A program made the position numbers and the translations under genes. Source: Candidatus Omnitrophota bacterium (GTDB taxonomy: Bacteria; Omnitrophota; Gorgyraeia; Zapsychrales; JANLHA01). From it: 64,000 bases of DNA. Under the pieces are notes generated by a model. That model made no database searches and was not told the origin of the DNA. It saw nothing but the letters and a program-made list of their open reading frames with translations. The stretch is from NCBI GenBank assembly GCA_963662715.1, contig OY759724.1, positions 2,074,662-2,138,661 on the forward strand, in the 5' to 3' direction. Positions 1 to 9,348 of the stretch are shown here, in pieces (within the stretch, counting starts at the first letter, position 1; each line of letters begins with the position of its first letter).

Positions 1-558
1 ATTTTGTTCGTGGGCCGCCTGGAAAAGGAAAAAAATTTATTCGCTCTGCTTGATGCCATACGGCAGACGCCCCTGACTCTTGATATTGTTGGGGAGGGGC
101 GGCTAAAAGATGAGTTGACAAGCTATATCAAAGTCAATAAGATAAAAGCCCGTTTGCTCGGCCGTATGGCTAATAGCCGATTGCCGGAGACATATAACCG
201 TTATCCGGTTTATATTCTGCCTTCCTTTTGCGAAGGCATGCCCAAAACCTTGCTGGAGGCCATGTCCTGCGGGATGGCTGTTATCGGCAGTGATATTGAA
301 GGAATCCATAATATTATCAAACATAAGGAGTCGGGATACTTATGCGATACAACGACGGAATCCATTAGGGACGCTGTCCGGGAAGTTATGGGGGACCCGT
401 CTTTAAGGCAAAGATGTGGCTCCCGGGCAAGGCGGTATATAGAAGAATATCATAGCCTTGACTCGATTGTCCGACAGGAGAAAAAAATTTACGGTTTTGA
501 TAATGAAAATAATAAAAAAGATTTTGTTAGCACTCTTCAGCAGGAAACTTGTTGCTAA
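1..558 (+). CDS. Glycosyltransferase family 4 (GT-B), C-terminal part; 5' end lies outside the window
   Basis: The frame is open from nt 1 (ILFVGRLEKEKN...). GT4 C-terminal motifs are present: LPSFCEGMPKTLLEAMSCGMAVIGSDIEG and GYL. Confidence 0.85.
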   Translation: MLFVGRLEKEKNLFALLDAIRQTPLTLDIVGEGRLKDELTSYIKVNKIKARLLGRMANSRLPETYNRYPVYILPSFCEGMPKTLLEAMSCGMAVIGSDIEGIHNIIKHKESGYLCDTTTESIRDAVREVMGDPSLRQRCGSRARRYIEEYHSLDSIVRQEKKIYGFDNENNKKDFVSTLQQETCC

Positions 559-1252
559 AATCATTGTCCGCAAAGCCCTGCAATGTCATACGCTGGCCTA
601 TAAATATGCCGGGCGTTTCAGCTGTTTTCTCGAACCTGGGGGCCTGCATCCGAAACACCGGCTTATGAATTATCATCAGTGGTTTATTGACCATATGAAT
701 AAAGACTGGACTGTCCTGGATGTCGGATGCGGGAACGGGGCCCTTTCGTATGACTTGGCATGTTCCTGTCGGCAGGTTATCGCCATCGATAAGAATCCCT
801 TGAATATAGAAAAGGCCAGGAGAAATTTTGCCTTGGGGAATATCGAATATATTTTAGGTGAAGTCCCTGCCTGTTTTGATGACAGAGTTTTTGACGCTGT
901 TGTCCTTTCTAATGTCCTGGAACATATTGCCGACCGGAAGGTCTTTTTGACTGAGATTATGAAAAAAACGAAAAGAATTCTCATACGCGTTCCCATGATC
1001 GATCGTGACTGGATTACCTTGTATAAAAAGGAATGGGGCTTGGAATGGCGTCTGGACCCTACCCATGAAATAGAGTATACCTCTGATCTGCTGGTTGCTG
1101 AACTCAGAGCGGCTGGCTTGGATGTTCAGACATGCGACAGAAGATTTGGAGAGTTGTATTGTCTGGCTGTCCCACTAAGTGAATCAAGAAAGGATCCATC
1201 AGATGAGCGTCTCCCCATTGCGGCGGGTTGCGGTGATTATTCCCTGTTTTAA
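503..1252 (+). CDS. Class I SAM-dependent methyltransferase
   Basis: SAM-binding motif I VLDVGCGNGALSYDLA, followed by VVLSNVLEHI. The start was chosen at ATG 503 (MKIIKK); the track start at 458 overlaps the upstream gene further. The start is uncertain. Confidence 0.8.
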   Translation: MKIIKKILLALFSRKLVAKIIVRKALQCHTLAYKYAGRFSCFLEPGGLHPKHRLMNYHQWFIDHMNKDWTVLDVGCGNGALSYDLACSCRQVIAIDKNPLNIEKARRNFALGNIEYILGEVPACFDDRVFDAVVLSNVLEHIADRKVFLTEIMKKTKRILIRVPMIDRDWITLYKKEWGLEWRLDPTHEIEYTSDLLVAELRAAGLDVQTCDRRFGELYCLAVPLSESRKDPSDERLPIAAGCGDYSLF

Positions 1253-1892
1253 CGAAGAATTGACGATAGAAAACGTTATCTGCGATTTTAAGGATAAAAT
1301 CCCGGAAGCGGATATTTTTGTCGTTGATAATTGTTCTTCCGACCGGACGGGGCAGGTCGCGGAAGCGGCCGGGGCTAAAGTGTTGCACGAACAGGCCCCG
1401 GGGAAGGGCAGTGTGATGCAGATCGCTTTCAATAAGATTTCTGCCGATGTCTTTGTGACGGTAGACGGGGATGCCACTTACAGCGCCTCTGACGTTAAAA
1501 AAATTCTTGCGCCTGTTATCGAAGGCCGGGCGGATATGGTTGTGGGCAACAGGCTGAACAATAGAAATGCCGAAGTCTGGACCCGTCATCGCGTCTGGGG
1601 GAACAGATGTATCTGTCGTTTCTTCAATCTGTTGTACGGGACAAAGTTTTCCGATATCCTTTCGGGGTACCGGGCTTTGTCCGCCGAAGCTGTTGAAGTG
1701 TTGTCTTGCCAGAGCAAAGGTTTTGAGATTGAGACGGAAATAACCGCAAAAGCTGTCATTCACAAACTTCGTGTACAAGAAGAACCTATCCATTATTATC
1801 AAAGACCGGAAGGCAGCAGTTCGAAATTAAGTGCATTCCAGGACGGGCTGAAAATTGTCGGTACAATGATCAGGCTTTGGCTTGCGGCCTAA
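1203..1892 (+). CDS. Glycosyltransferase family 2 (Dpm1/polyprenyl-phosphate glycosyltransferase-like)
   Basis: VAVIIPCFNEELTIENVI, VVDNCSSDRTG and VDGDATY (DXD) motifs. The start was taken at ATG 1203 (MSVSPLRR); 1179 is an alternative. Confidence 0.85.
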   Translation: MSVSPLRRVAVIIPCFNEELTIENVICDFKDKIPEADIFVVDNCSSDRTGQVAEAAGAKVLHEQAPGKGSVMQIAFNKISADVFVTVDGDATYSASDVKKILAPVIEGRADMVVGNRLNNRNAEVWTRHRVWGNRCICRFFNLLYGTKFSDILSGYRALSAEAVEVLSCQSKGFEIETEITAKAVIHKLRVQEEPIHYYQRPEGSSSKLSAFQDGLKIVGTMIRLWLAA

Positions 1893-1934
1893 AATTTCAT
1901 ATAAAATGCAGAAGGAAAATAAAGAGAAAAAAGA

Positions 1935-3521
1935 ATGAATAAAAGCGTGGGATGGCCAGATATCCTTGACTTTATAATTCTTGGTCTTCTCTGTTTATTC
2001 GGGGCCGGATATTCTTTATTAAACCGGACATTCGCACAGCTTCATCTTCAGCTGTCTTTTTTGCCTTTCCCTGTGTTTATCGGTGAAATCCTGTTTGCTG
2101 TATGTTTGATTCTGTTGCTCCTGAAAGAGCGCCTTCAGGGGTATCCTTTCCTGAAAAACAAACCCAGAAGTTTTGCGGCGGGGCTGATATTTTTTTTGCT
2201 TTTCATCGGGTTGAAAGCAGGAACAGGATATCTTGCGTATGGCCCTTTGGCTTTCCGGAATGCCGCTTTGTTTTATTATATTGTGTTTGTTTGGATTGCC
2301 GCTTCCGCTTATAACAGAAGATTTTTTCAGCCGGCTGTTATTTTTTCTTTGATTTTTTTCTTCACCACGTCTATCGTCATCCGCCCGCTTAATTGTTATA
2401 TGTATTTTATGTTCAGTTATATCCTTTTAAGTTTGCTTCTTATCATTCGTCTGCCGCAAAAAAGAATACGGTGGATGATTGTGTCTGTTTTATTTCTTTT
2501 CATCCCTTATCTGTATATCCTCGGCAGTTCCCGGGCTAATATTGTGGCGAGTATTGCCGGTATGTGTGTTTTTCTTCTGTTGTATTTGAGCAAAAGTATG
2601 GTGAAGGTCCGTTTCCTGAGGATTTTTGTGTCCATCCTTGTTTTCCTTTTCGCTGCGGCTTTTTTCGTAATGACTTTCAGCCGGACGGAAGAGATTCGCA
2701 GTCTTACCCGTATTAAGGGATTCCTGGCGCAGTATCGGGAAGCGAATCGGCTGATTCAGGAGAAGAAAGATGATTATGTGATGAGGGATGTCCCCGTACA
2801 GTTGTATTCACATAATAAAACAATTGATTTCATGACAAGCGACAGCCGGATCATCGAAACAGACACTGTCAAAATGGTGAATAAAGTTAAACAGAATATG
2901 AAACAGCATTCTATAAGCATGTCGGTCCGGCTGGCCGCGGGGCCTGACGCTCAAGATGATGCACAGATTTTGGATTCGGAAACATACGACAAGTCCCGAA
3001 ATTTAAAAGACACGGCCGGTTCGCAGGCAGAGGCCGGGAAGGGCGATACCGCTGCGACAGCAAAAGCCTCTTTGACCAATGAACCCACGAATAATATATT
3101 GTGGCGCATTCTTGTTTGGAAAGACATGTTGCAGGAAGTCTGGGCTGTGAATCCCGTTTGGGGTGTACCTTTCGGGAAACCTTTCCGTTCTTGCAGTATT
3201 GAAATCCTGGGCTGGAACAAAATGGAAGTTGACGGCGTGGGGTGGCTGGAGCCGCATAATTCTTATGTGCATATTATTTACCGTGCGGGGGCGCTTGGGG
3301 TTTGCCTGATAGGTCTTATCCTGTTTTTGGTCGTACGCCTGGCGATATTTTTTGTCCGGAAAGGACGAACAACCGGGATTCTGCTTGTTTCGATCCTGGC
3401 ATACTGGCTGGTTGTGGCGAATTTCCTGGTGACTTATGAGCTCCCTTTTTTCGCTATCCCTTTCTGGAGTCTTATGGGCTTGACCGTCGGGTATTATCGG
3501 GATATTCAGGCTCATGCATAG
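1935..3521 (+). CDS. O-antigen ligase/polymerase-like polytopic membrane protein (Wzy_C-type), paralogue 1, with a long hydrophilic insert
   Basis: There are many hydrophobic segments. It shares the motifs GSSRANIVASI and EPHNSYVHIIYRAGALG with the two other paralogues in the window. Upstream sequence aaagagaaaaaagaATG. Confidence 0.75.
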   Translation: MNKSVGWPDILDFIILGLLCLFGAGYSLLNRTFAQLHLQLSFLPFPVFIGEILFAVCLILLLLKERLQGYPFLKNKPRSFAAGLIFFLLFIGLKAGTGYLAYGPLAFRNAALFYYIVFVWIAASAYNRRFFQPAVIFSLIFFFTTSIVIRPLNCYMYFMFSYILLSLLLIIRLPQKRIRWMIVSVLFLFIPYLYILGSSRANIVASIAGMCVFLLLYLSKSMVKVRFLRIFVSILVFLFAAAFFVMTFSRTEEIRSLTRIKGFLAQYREANRLIQEKKDDYVMRDVPVQLYSHNKTIDFMTSDSRIIETDTVKMVNKVKQNMKQHSISMSVRLAAGPDAQDDAQILDSETYDKSRNLKDTAGSQAEAGKGDTAATAKASLTNEPTNNILWRILVWKDMLQEVWAVNPVWGVPFGKPFRSCSIEILGWNKMEVDGVGWLEPHNSYVHIIYRAGALGVCLIGLILFLVVRLAIFFVRKGRTTGILLVSILAYWLVVANFLVTYELPFFAIPFWSLMGLTVGYYRDIQAHA

Positions 3522-3698
3522 TTCTTGAAACTCTGAATCCAGCCGGAATTTCTGTCGGCCGGCGGCGGATCTGAATTTTTCCGGAATCCCGAAGGCGGGT
3601 TTGCTGATGGCAGCACGAAAGACATCCGGTGTTTCATGCTTGTAAAATTTTAAGAATAATGTAATATACTTACTTAAATTGTTTTTACGAAGGAGAAA

Positions 3699-4739
3699 AT
3701 GTCCGTGAAGAAGGCTTTAATAACCGGGGTGACAGGACAGGACGGGAGTTATCTGGCTGAACTTTTGCTCGACCAGGGCTATGAGGTCTATGGCCTCGTG
3801 CGACAAGAAGCTTTGGAAGATCCTAATCACAGGATGGAGAGATTTTTACATATCAGGGACAAGCTGAAATTGTCCGCCGCGTCTTTGGAAAGTTTTCCCA
3901 GCATTTTTAAGATCATTCAGGACGTCAAACCGGATGAGATTTATCATTTGGCCGCGCAGAGTTTCGTTTCTTATAGTTTTGATGACAAATTTTCCCCGCT
4001 GTTGACCAATATCAGCGGAACACATTATGCGCTTTCTTCCTGCAAATCCATGCCCGTTCCGGCCAAGTTTTATTTCGCCGGTTCGAGTGAAATGTTCGGG
4101 AAAGTGGATGCAGAACCCCAAAATGAATCAACGCCTTTTCATCCCCGGTCTCCTTACGGAATTTCCAAGGTGGCGGGTTTCCATTTGACCCGCAACTACC
4201 GTGAGTCTTACGAAATGTTTGCGTGTAACGGCATCTTATTCAATCATGAGTCTCCGCGCAGAGGATTTGAATTTGTCACCCGTAAAATCACATCCGGCGT
4301 GGCTAAAATTAAGTTCGGGCTGGCAGACAGGATCAGTTTAGGCAACCTGAACGCAAAACGCGACTGGGGATTTGCCGGGGATTATGTTAAAGCCATGTGG
4401 CTCATGTTGCAGCAGGAGAAGCCGGATGATTATGTTATTGCTACCGGTCATGCGCATACGGTGCGCGAATTTGTTGAGCTTTCGTTCAAGACGGTTGATA
4501 TGGAGATCCTTTGGGAAGGGAAGGGCATACACGAAAAAGGCATTGATGAGAAAAGCGGACGCGTTTTAGTTGATGTGAACAAAGAATTCTTCCGGCCCGA
4601 CCAAGTCCATGTCCTGAGAGGGGATTATACAAAAGCAAAAAGAATTTTAAACTGGGAACCAACCATTCAGTTCCATGATCTTGTCCCGATGATGGTCGAG
4701 GCGGATTGCCGTTTGTTCTCCCAGGACAAGATGCGATAA
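3699..4739 (+). CDS. gmd: GDP-mannose 4,6-dehydratase, divergent long-form paralogue
   Basis: N-terminal ALITGVTGQDGSYLAELLL Rossmann motif; GSSEMFG; PRSPYGISK (Y..K); [14 protein letters not shown]; [24 protein letters not shown] lies upstream of the ATG. Confidence 0.85.
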   Translation: MSVKKALITGVTGQDGSYLAELLLDQGYEVYGLVRQEALEDPNHRMERFLHIRDKLKLSAASLESFPSIFKIIQDVKPDEIYHLAAQSFVSYSFDDKFSPLLTNISGTHYALSSCKSMPVPAKFYFAGSSEMFGKVDAEPQNESTPFHPRSPYGISKVAGFHLTRNYRESYEMFACNGILFNHESPRRGFEFVTRKITSGVAKIKFGLADRISLGNLNAKRDWGFAGDYVKAMWLMLQQEKPDDYVIATGHAHTVREFVELSFKTVDMEILWEGKGIHEKGIDEKSGRVLVDVNKEFFRPDQVHVLRGDYTKAKRILNWEPTIQFHDLVPMMVEADCRLFSQDKMR

Positions 4740-4986
4740 AGGTGCGCAAATCATAACATTCGTCCTTAGAGTTGTTGGGTGACACGGCCGTAGCTACTGT
4801 TCTGTCAGCCCCGCCGCTGTGTTTAATGTGATTTTTTTGCTTCTAAGATACCCCTGCCGCTGGCCGTGGTTTTCCCGGGCAGACCGGGGTGAAAACATTA
4901 AACTCGTATCCACGAAGGAATGAAGCCTCATCCGTTGACCCCGTAGGTTGCCATGGGGAAGGCAGAAGGGTTTATTTATTTTCTCC

Positions 4987-7401
4987 ATGCAGAATAATAC
5001 ATGTCAAAAAAAGACGCGAAAGCAGAAAGGGCTGGCCGTTTTCTGTTTGGCTCTGGCGCTGTTCGTTTTGTTCGCTCCCGTGTTGACCGGGAAAAAAATT
5101 TTATTCCCATCCGACCTGCTGCACACGATGATCTCCCCTTATGCTGAGGGACGGTCTGTTCATGTTTACAATCATTTTTTGAATGACATTGTCGTTCAGT
5201 ATTTCCCGTACAAAAAATTAACTCAAACAGCCCTGCTGCAAGGGCGATGGGCTTACTGGAATCCTCTCATCCTCGGCGGGTATCCGCAATATGCTTTAAC
5301 GATGGCGGGAAATTTTGACGTGACGAACCTTCTGCTGGTTTTTATCCCTGACCCGCTTCAGGCCTATTTCGTTCAGATTCTTGCTCTGCTGTTCATCGCC
5401 GGCATCTCCATGTTCGCCTTGCTTCAATATTACCAGCTGCCTGTAAATGCCAGCCTGCTTGGTGCCGTCTGTTACATGCTGAACAGCATGTTTATTTGCA
5501 CGATCTTTTTCCCCTGGATTATGGGGGCGTTCTGCTGGATGCCGGCGGCGGTTTTATTCCTGGATAAAAGCCTGAGGGATAGGTTATTGCGGGACCAGGC
5601 GCTTTGCGCTTTATTGACAGGCTGTGCCATGATGGCCGCTTCTGTTCAGACGATGAGTTTTATTTTTTTCCTGACGTTTGTGTTTTCTGTTATGTACGGG
5701 TATGTCTTCGCCCGGACTTTCAGAGATGTCGCAACACTGGCTAAGATTTATTTGACGATACATGTCTGGGCCATAGGCCTGACAGCGGTCATGTTGTTGC
5801 CTACATTAGAACTTTTCTATTTTGACGCTATCCAAGGCGGACAATGGGGCAACGTAGGGCAGGGGGCCATCCCCTTTGTCAAGAGGCTGTGGGGAGTCGC
5901 CGGCGTGATTTCCTTTGCTTTCCCGCAATTGGCCGGGAGTGTCAGGGCCTTTGATCTAACAAAATTAGCATCCTCAACGATGATGTTTTATAACGGTTTT
6001 ATCGGCTTTCTTCCGCTGCTTTTCGGATTGTTAAGTGTCCGGAATATCAAGAAAGACAAAAGAATCATCATTTATATGACCATCACGTTGTTCGGCTTGC
6101 TTGTGCCGCTTGCTTCGCCGTTCTTAAAATATGTTTATCACCGTTTTTTTATTATTTATATTTTCGGCATGTCTGTCCTCTCAGCCTTTGGGCTGACATA
6201 TTATTTGCAATGGCAGGATAAGGATAAGATGGCTTCTTTTTTAAGAAAGGTCACAGCCCTTTTTGTGCTGGTGGTGCTTGTTCTGCTGGCCGGTCATGTG
6301 TTCATTCAGCTTTTTTATGATGACGTTCTTAAGCACGGCCGGAAATTTGTCGAGGCTCATCTGCACATGGCTAACTTGCTTGCCGGCAATCGGGGCTGGT
6401 ATTTGGGGCGCGTGGAGAAACTCTTGCAGCATTTCAACTTTTTTGCTCCGGCCATTTTCATCCCTGTCGCCACCATGGCCTTGGGCCTGGGAGCGCTTTG
6501 GGCCCACAGGGCCAACCGGCTGAAATCATCATTCACAGGCCTCATTTTATTTATCACAGTTTTTCAGCTTTTGTTCTTTGCCTGGAGCTGGCTGCCCATG
6601 GTCAGCCCTCAGGAATACCCTTTATATCCTGAGACGCAGTCGGTTAATTTTTTAAAAAAAGATCAAGATTTATACCGGGTTTTGATTTATAACAATAATA
6701 CGAATAGGAAGCCTGTTTATTCTCCGAATATTCTTTCTGTCTACGGCATCGAAACGATCAACGGTTATGAAAGCGTTGAGCCTAAAACGATAAGATATTT
6801 GATTCAGGGTATGGACCCTGCGGTTTTAGGCTTGTGCAACGTCAAATATATTATCACGCATGATGATCCTCCTTTACGGAGTCCTCATTTGCATTTAACA
6901 TGGGAGGGGGAAGGCCTGCATATATATGAGAATGAACTGTTCGTCCCGCGGGCTTTTTTCCGGTGTCAGCATGAAGTCAGATCCGAGACAGATATCCTTC
7001 AGGGCATTCGGACAGGCCGGTTGGATACCAGCCGGAAAGTCTTTTTCAGTGAAGGGTTGGGCGGGCAGGCCGGGGGGCAGCAAGGGGAGAATTTGCGAAA
7101 GCCTTTGATAAAATTAAGGCAATATTCCCCGGAAGAAGTTTTATATGAGGTCGAGACACAGGTGCCGGGCTATTTCGTGCTCAGTCAATCCTGGTATCCG
7201 GGGTGGACCTGTTATCTCGACGGCCGGCAGGAAGAAGTCAGAAAAGCGAATTATTGTATGCTGGCTGTCCGCGTCCCGGCCGGGAAACATAAAGTCCGGT
7301 TTGTATTCCGTCCGCGTATTTTTTATATAGGCCTTGCTGTAAGCTCGATATTTTTTCTGTTGATTCTTATTTCATTAAGGAAGAAAAGACATGCCTCTTA
7401 A
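4987..7401 (+). CDS. YfhO-family polytopic membrane protein (GT-C-like glycosyltransferase)
   Basis: About 800 aa with many TM segments. The C-terminal soluble region has the typical YPGWTCYLDGRQ...VPAGKHKVRFVFRP followed by a terminal TM. The start was set at ATG 4987 (MQNNTCQKK); 4948 is possible. Confidence 0.7.
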   Translation: MQNNTCQKKTRKQKGLAVFCLALALFVLFAPVLTGKKILFPSDLLHTMISPYAEGRSVHVYNHFLNDIVVQYFPYKKLTQTALLQGRWAYWNPLILGGYPQYALTMAGNFDVTNLLLVFIPDPLQAYFVQILALLFIAGISMFALLQYYQLPVNASLLGAVCYMLNSMFICTIFFPWIMGAFCWMPAAVLFLDKSLRDRLLRDQALCALLTGCAMMAASVQTMSFIFFLTFVFSVMYGYVFARTFRDVATLAKIYLTIHVWAIGLTAVMLLPTLELFYFDAIQGGQWGNVGQGAIPFVKRLWGVAGVISFAFPQLAGSVRAFDLTKLASSTMMFYNGFIGFLPLLFGLLSVRNIKKDKRIIIYMTITLFGLLVPLASPFLKYVYHRFFIIYIFGMSVLSAFGLTYYLQWQDKDKMASFLRKVTALFVLVVLVLLAGHVFIQLFYDDVLKHGRKFVEAHLHMANLLAGNRGWYLGRVEKLLQHFNFFAPAIFIPVATMALGLGALWAHRANRLKSSFTGLILFITVFQLLFFAWSWLPMVSPQEYPLYPETQSVNFLKKDQDLYRVLIYNNNTNRKPVYSPNILSVYGIETINGYESVEPKTIRYLIQGMDPAVLGLCNVKYIITHDDPPLRSPHLHLTWEGEGLHIYENELFVPRAFFRCQHEVRSETDILQGIRTGRLDTSRKVFFSEGLGGQAGGQQGENLRKPLIKLRQYSPEEVLYEVETQVPGYFVLSQSWYPGWTCYLDGRQEEVRKANYCMLAVRVPAGKHKVRFVFRPRIFYIGLAVSSIFFLLILISLRKKRHAS

Positions 7402-9322
7402 AGAATTGCCATTCGTCAGTATTCTGATGGCCACCAAAGATGAAAATCCGCAGTATTTGAAAGAAGCGGTCGATAGCATCTGCCGACAAAGCTATACAAA
7501 CTGGGAGTTTCTTATCTTGGATGACGGGTCTTCGACCCAGGATAATTATGATTGGCTTGTGCACAGATCGGAAGAAGACAAGAGAATTCATGTTTTCCGT
7601 GGCCCGGGCGTGGGGCTGGCCCGGGCGCTTAATTTTCTTATTCCCAAGGCGCAGGGAGAGTTTTTTGCCAGGATGGACAGTGACGACAGGGCTTATCCCG
7701 AAAGGATTATGAAGGAAGTTGAATATTTGATGCGGTATCCCAACACGGTCTTGGTGGGATCCTGGATCAGAATCATTGACGGGACCGGAGAACCGATTCA
7801 TCAGTCATGCCCTGCCGATTATTTCAGGCCTCCCTGGTCCAGGGCCGCGCATTCCGGCTGGTGCGGCCGGTTGGATGCTTTGAAGGCTATCGGCGGATAT
7901 TCTCCGGATTTCCCGGTGAGCCAGGATTATGACTGCTGGCTCCGTTTGCAGCGGCAGGGACGGGTGGGGGTGGTTGAGGAAATCCTTTTGGATTATCGGT
8001 GGGGCCGGATTAGCTCCGAACGCTCGGTTGAGCAGTTACAGTATTTCTGGATTGCGAATCAGATACACCGGGATAACTCAGGGATTCCCAAGGTCAGTGT
8101 CTCTTCGGTTAAGGCCAGGTTAAAGAAATATGATTTTTGGTACGGCAGGATGTTTCAATCCCAGTCTATCAGCCAGCAGGCTATGCGGCTTTGGCAACAA
8201 GGGGATTACCGCCAGTCTTTCAAGGAATTCCTGGCGTCTTTGAGAGTATTCCCTTTCAGCCTCCGGACATGGCTTTGTTCATTCCTCGTTTTGATATTTC
8301 ATAAATATCCTGCCCATATGACGCAATTTTTAAAATTGCGGGTGCTTTTGCCTCGCATACTGTATTTGAATCCCAAGCCGCCGTCTGCGGCTGTCTGTCT
8401 GCATTTTTCTGAGAATGGGGGCCGGGGTGGTTATCGTCTGGCTCTCGTTATTCCTACGGCCGACCGCCGGCAGGTGCTTCATCGATTTTTAAAAAGCGTT
8501 GAACCGCAAAAAAACTGCGTCTCCCAGATTATTATTGTTGACGGGGGCAGGAAACCGGTGGAGGACCTTGTCCGGGAATTTTCCCAGTTGCCCATTGATT
8601 ATGTCCGGGCCCCTTACCCGTGTCTGACCAGGCAGAAAAATCAGGGGATTGAGCATCTCCGTCCGGACATCGATCTTGTATGTTTTTTTGATGATGATAT
8701 TATCCTGGAAGAAAATGCCTTGGATAACATGATCCGTTTCTGGAAGAGCAGCGGGCAGGAGGTCGGCGGCGCGGCGTTTAACATTATCAATGTGGTCAAA
8801 AGGAAAACCTCTTTCATGAAGCGGATTTTTTTGACAGGAAGTGAAGCCAAGGGCCGGATTATGCGTTCCGGTTACGGGGCGATGCTTTCCCCCGTGGATG
8901 ACAGTATCTTTACAGACTGGATTTTCGGCGGAGCCACTGTCTGGCGGCGGGATATTTTTTCGACATATAAATTCGACGAGTGGTTTGAAGGCTACGGTTA
9001 TGGGGAGGACCTGGATTTCAGTTACAACGTGGGTAAAAAATATAAACTAGCGGTCATCTCCGAAGCCCGTGTGCAGCATATCAAAGACAATACAGAAGGT
9101 ATTGATTATGTCCTTTTTGGGAAAATGCAGGTTGTTAACCGGTATTATATTGTCAGAAAGTTTAAGGAATTTTCCACGCTGCTGTTTTTGTGGTCGTCCA
9201 GCGGACAGATGTTGGAAAATTTATATATGTTTCTGTTCAGAAGAAACAAAACCTACTTCTCCAGGCTTTTAGGCAATCTGTCCGGATTATGGCATATTAT
9301 CGTTCAGCCTCCCCGCGTATGA
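7391..9322 (+). CDS. Two-domain glycosyltransferase (tandem GT2 domains)
   Basis: Domain 1: VSILMATKDENPQYLKEAVDSICRQSYTNWEFLILDDGSS and DSDD. Domain 2: LALVIPTADRR...IIIVDGG, FFDDDI and YGEDLDFSY. It overlaps the previous stop by 11 nt. Confidence 0.8.
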   Translation: MPLKELPFVSILMATKDENPQYLKEAVDSICRQSYTNWEFLILDDGSSTQDNYDWLVHRSEEDKRIHVFRGPGVGLARALNFLIPKAQGEFFARMDSDDRAYPERIMKEVEYLMRYPNTVLVGSWIRIIDGTGEPIHQSCPADYFRPPWSRAAHSGWCGRLDALKAIGGYSPDFPVSQDYDCWLRLQRQGRVGVVEEILLDYRWGRISSERSVEQLQYFWIANQIHRDNSGIPKVSVSSVKARLKKYDFWYGRMFQSQSISQQAMRLWQQGDYRQSFKEFLASLRVFPFSLRTWLCSFLVLIFHKYPAHMTQFLKLRVLLPRILYLNPKPPSAAVCLHFSENGGRGGYRLALVIPTADRRQVLHRFLKSVEPQKNCVSQIIIVDGGRKPVEDLVREFSQLPIDYVRAPYPCLTRQKNQGIEHLRPDIDLVCFFDDDIILEENALDNMIRFWKSSGQEVGGAAFNIINVVKRKTSFMKRIFLTGSEAKGRIMRSGYGAMLSPVDDSIFTDWIFGGATVWRRDIFSTYKFDEWFEGYGYGEDLDFSYNVGKKYKLAVISEARVQHIKDNTEGIDYVLFGKMQVVNRYYIVRKFKEFSTLLFLWSSSGQMLENLYMFLFRRNKTYFSRLLGNLSGLWHIIVQPPRV

Positions 9323-9348
9323 ACACCGGGCTATTTATGAGATGATGT

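Noticed and set aside
1104-1802. 232-aa ORF on the minus strand
   Set aside because: It is entirely antisense to the well-supported methyltransferase and GT2 genes. It has no recognisable motif and an Arg/Pro/Gly-skewed composition typical of antisense frames.
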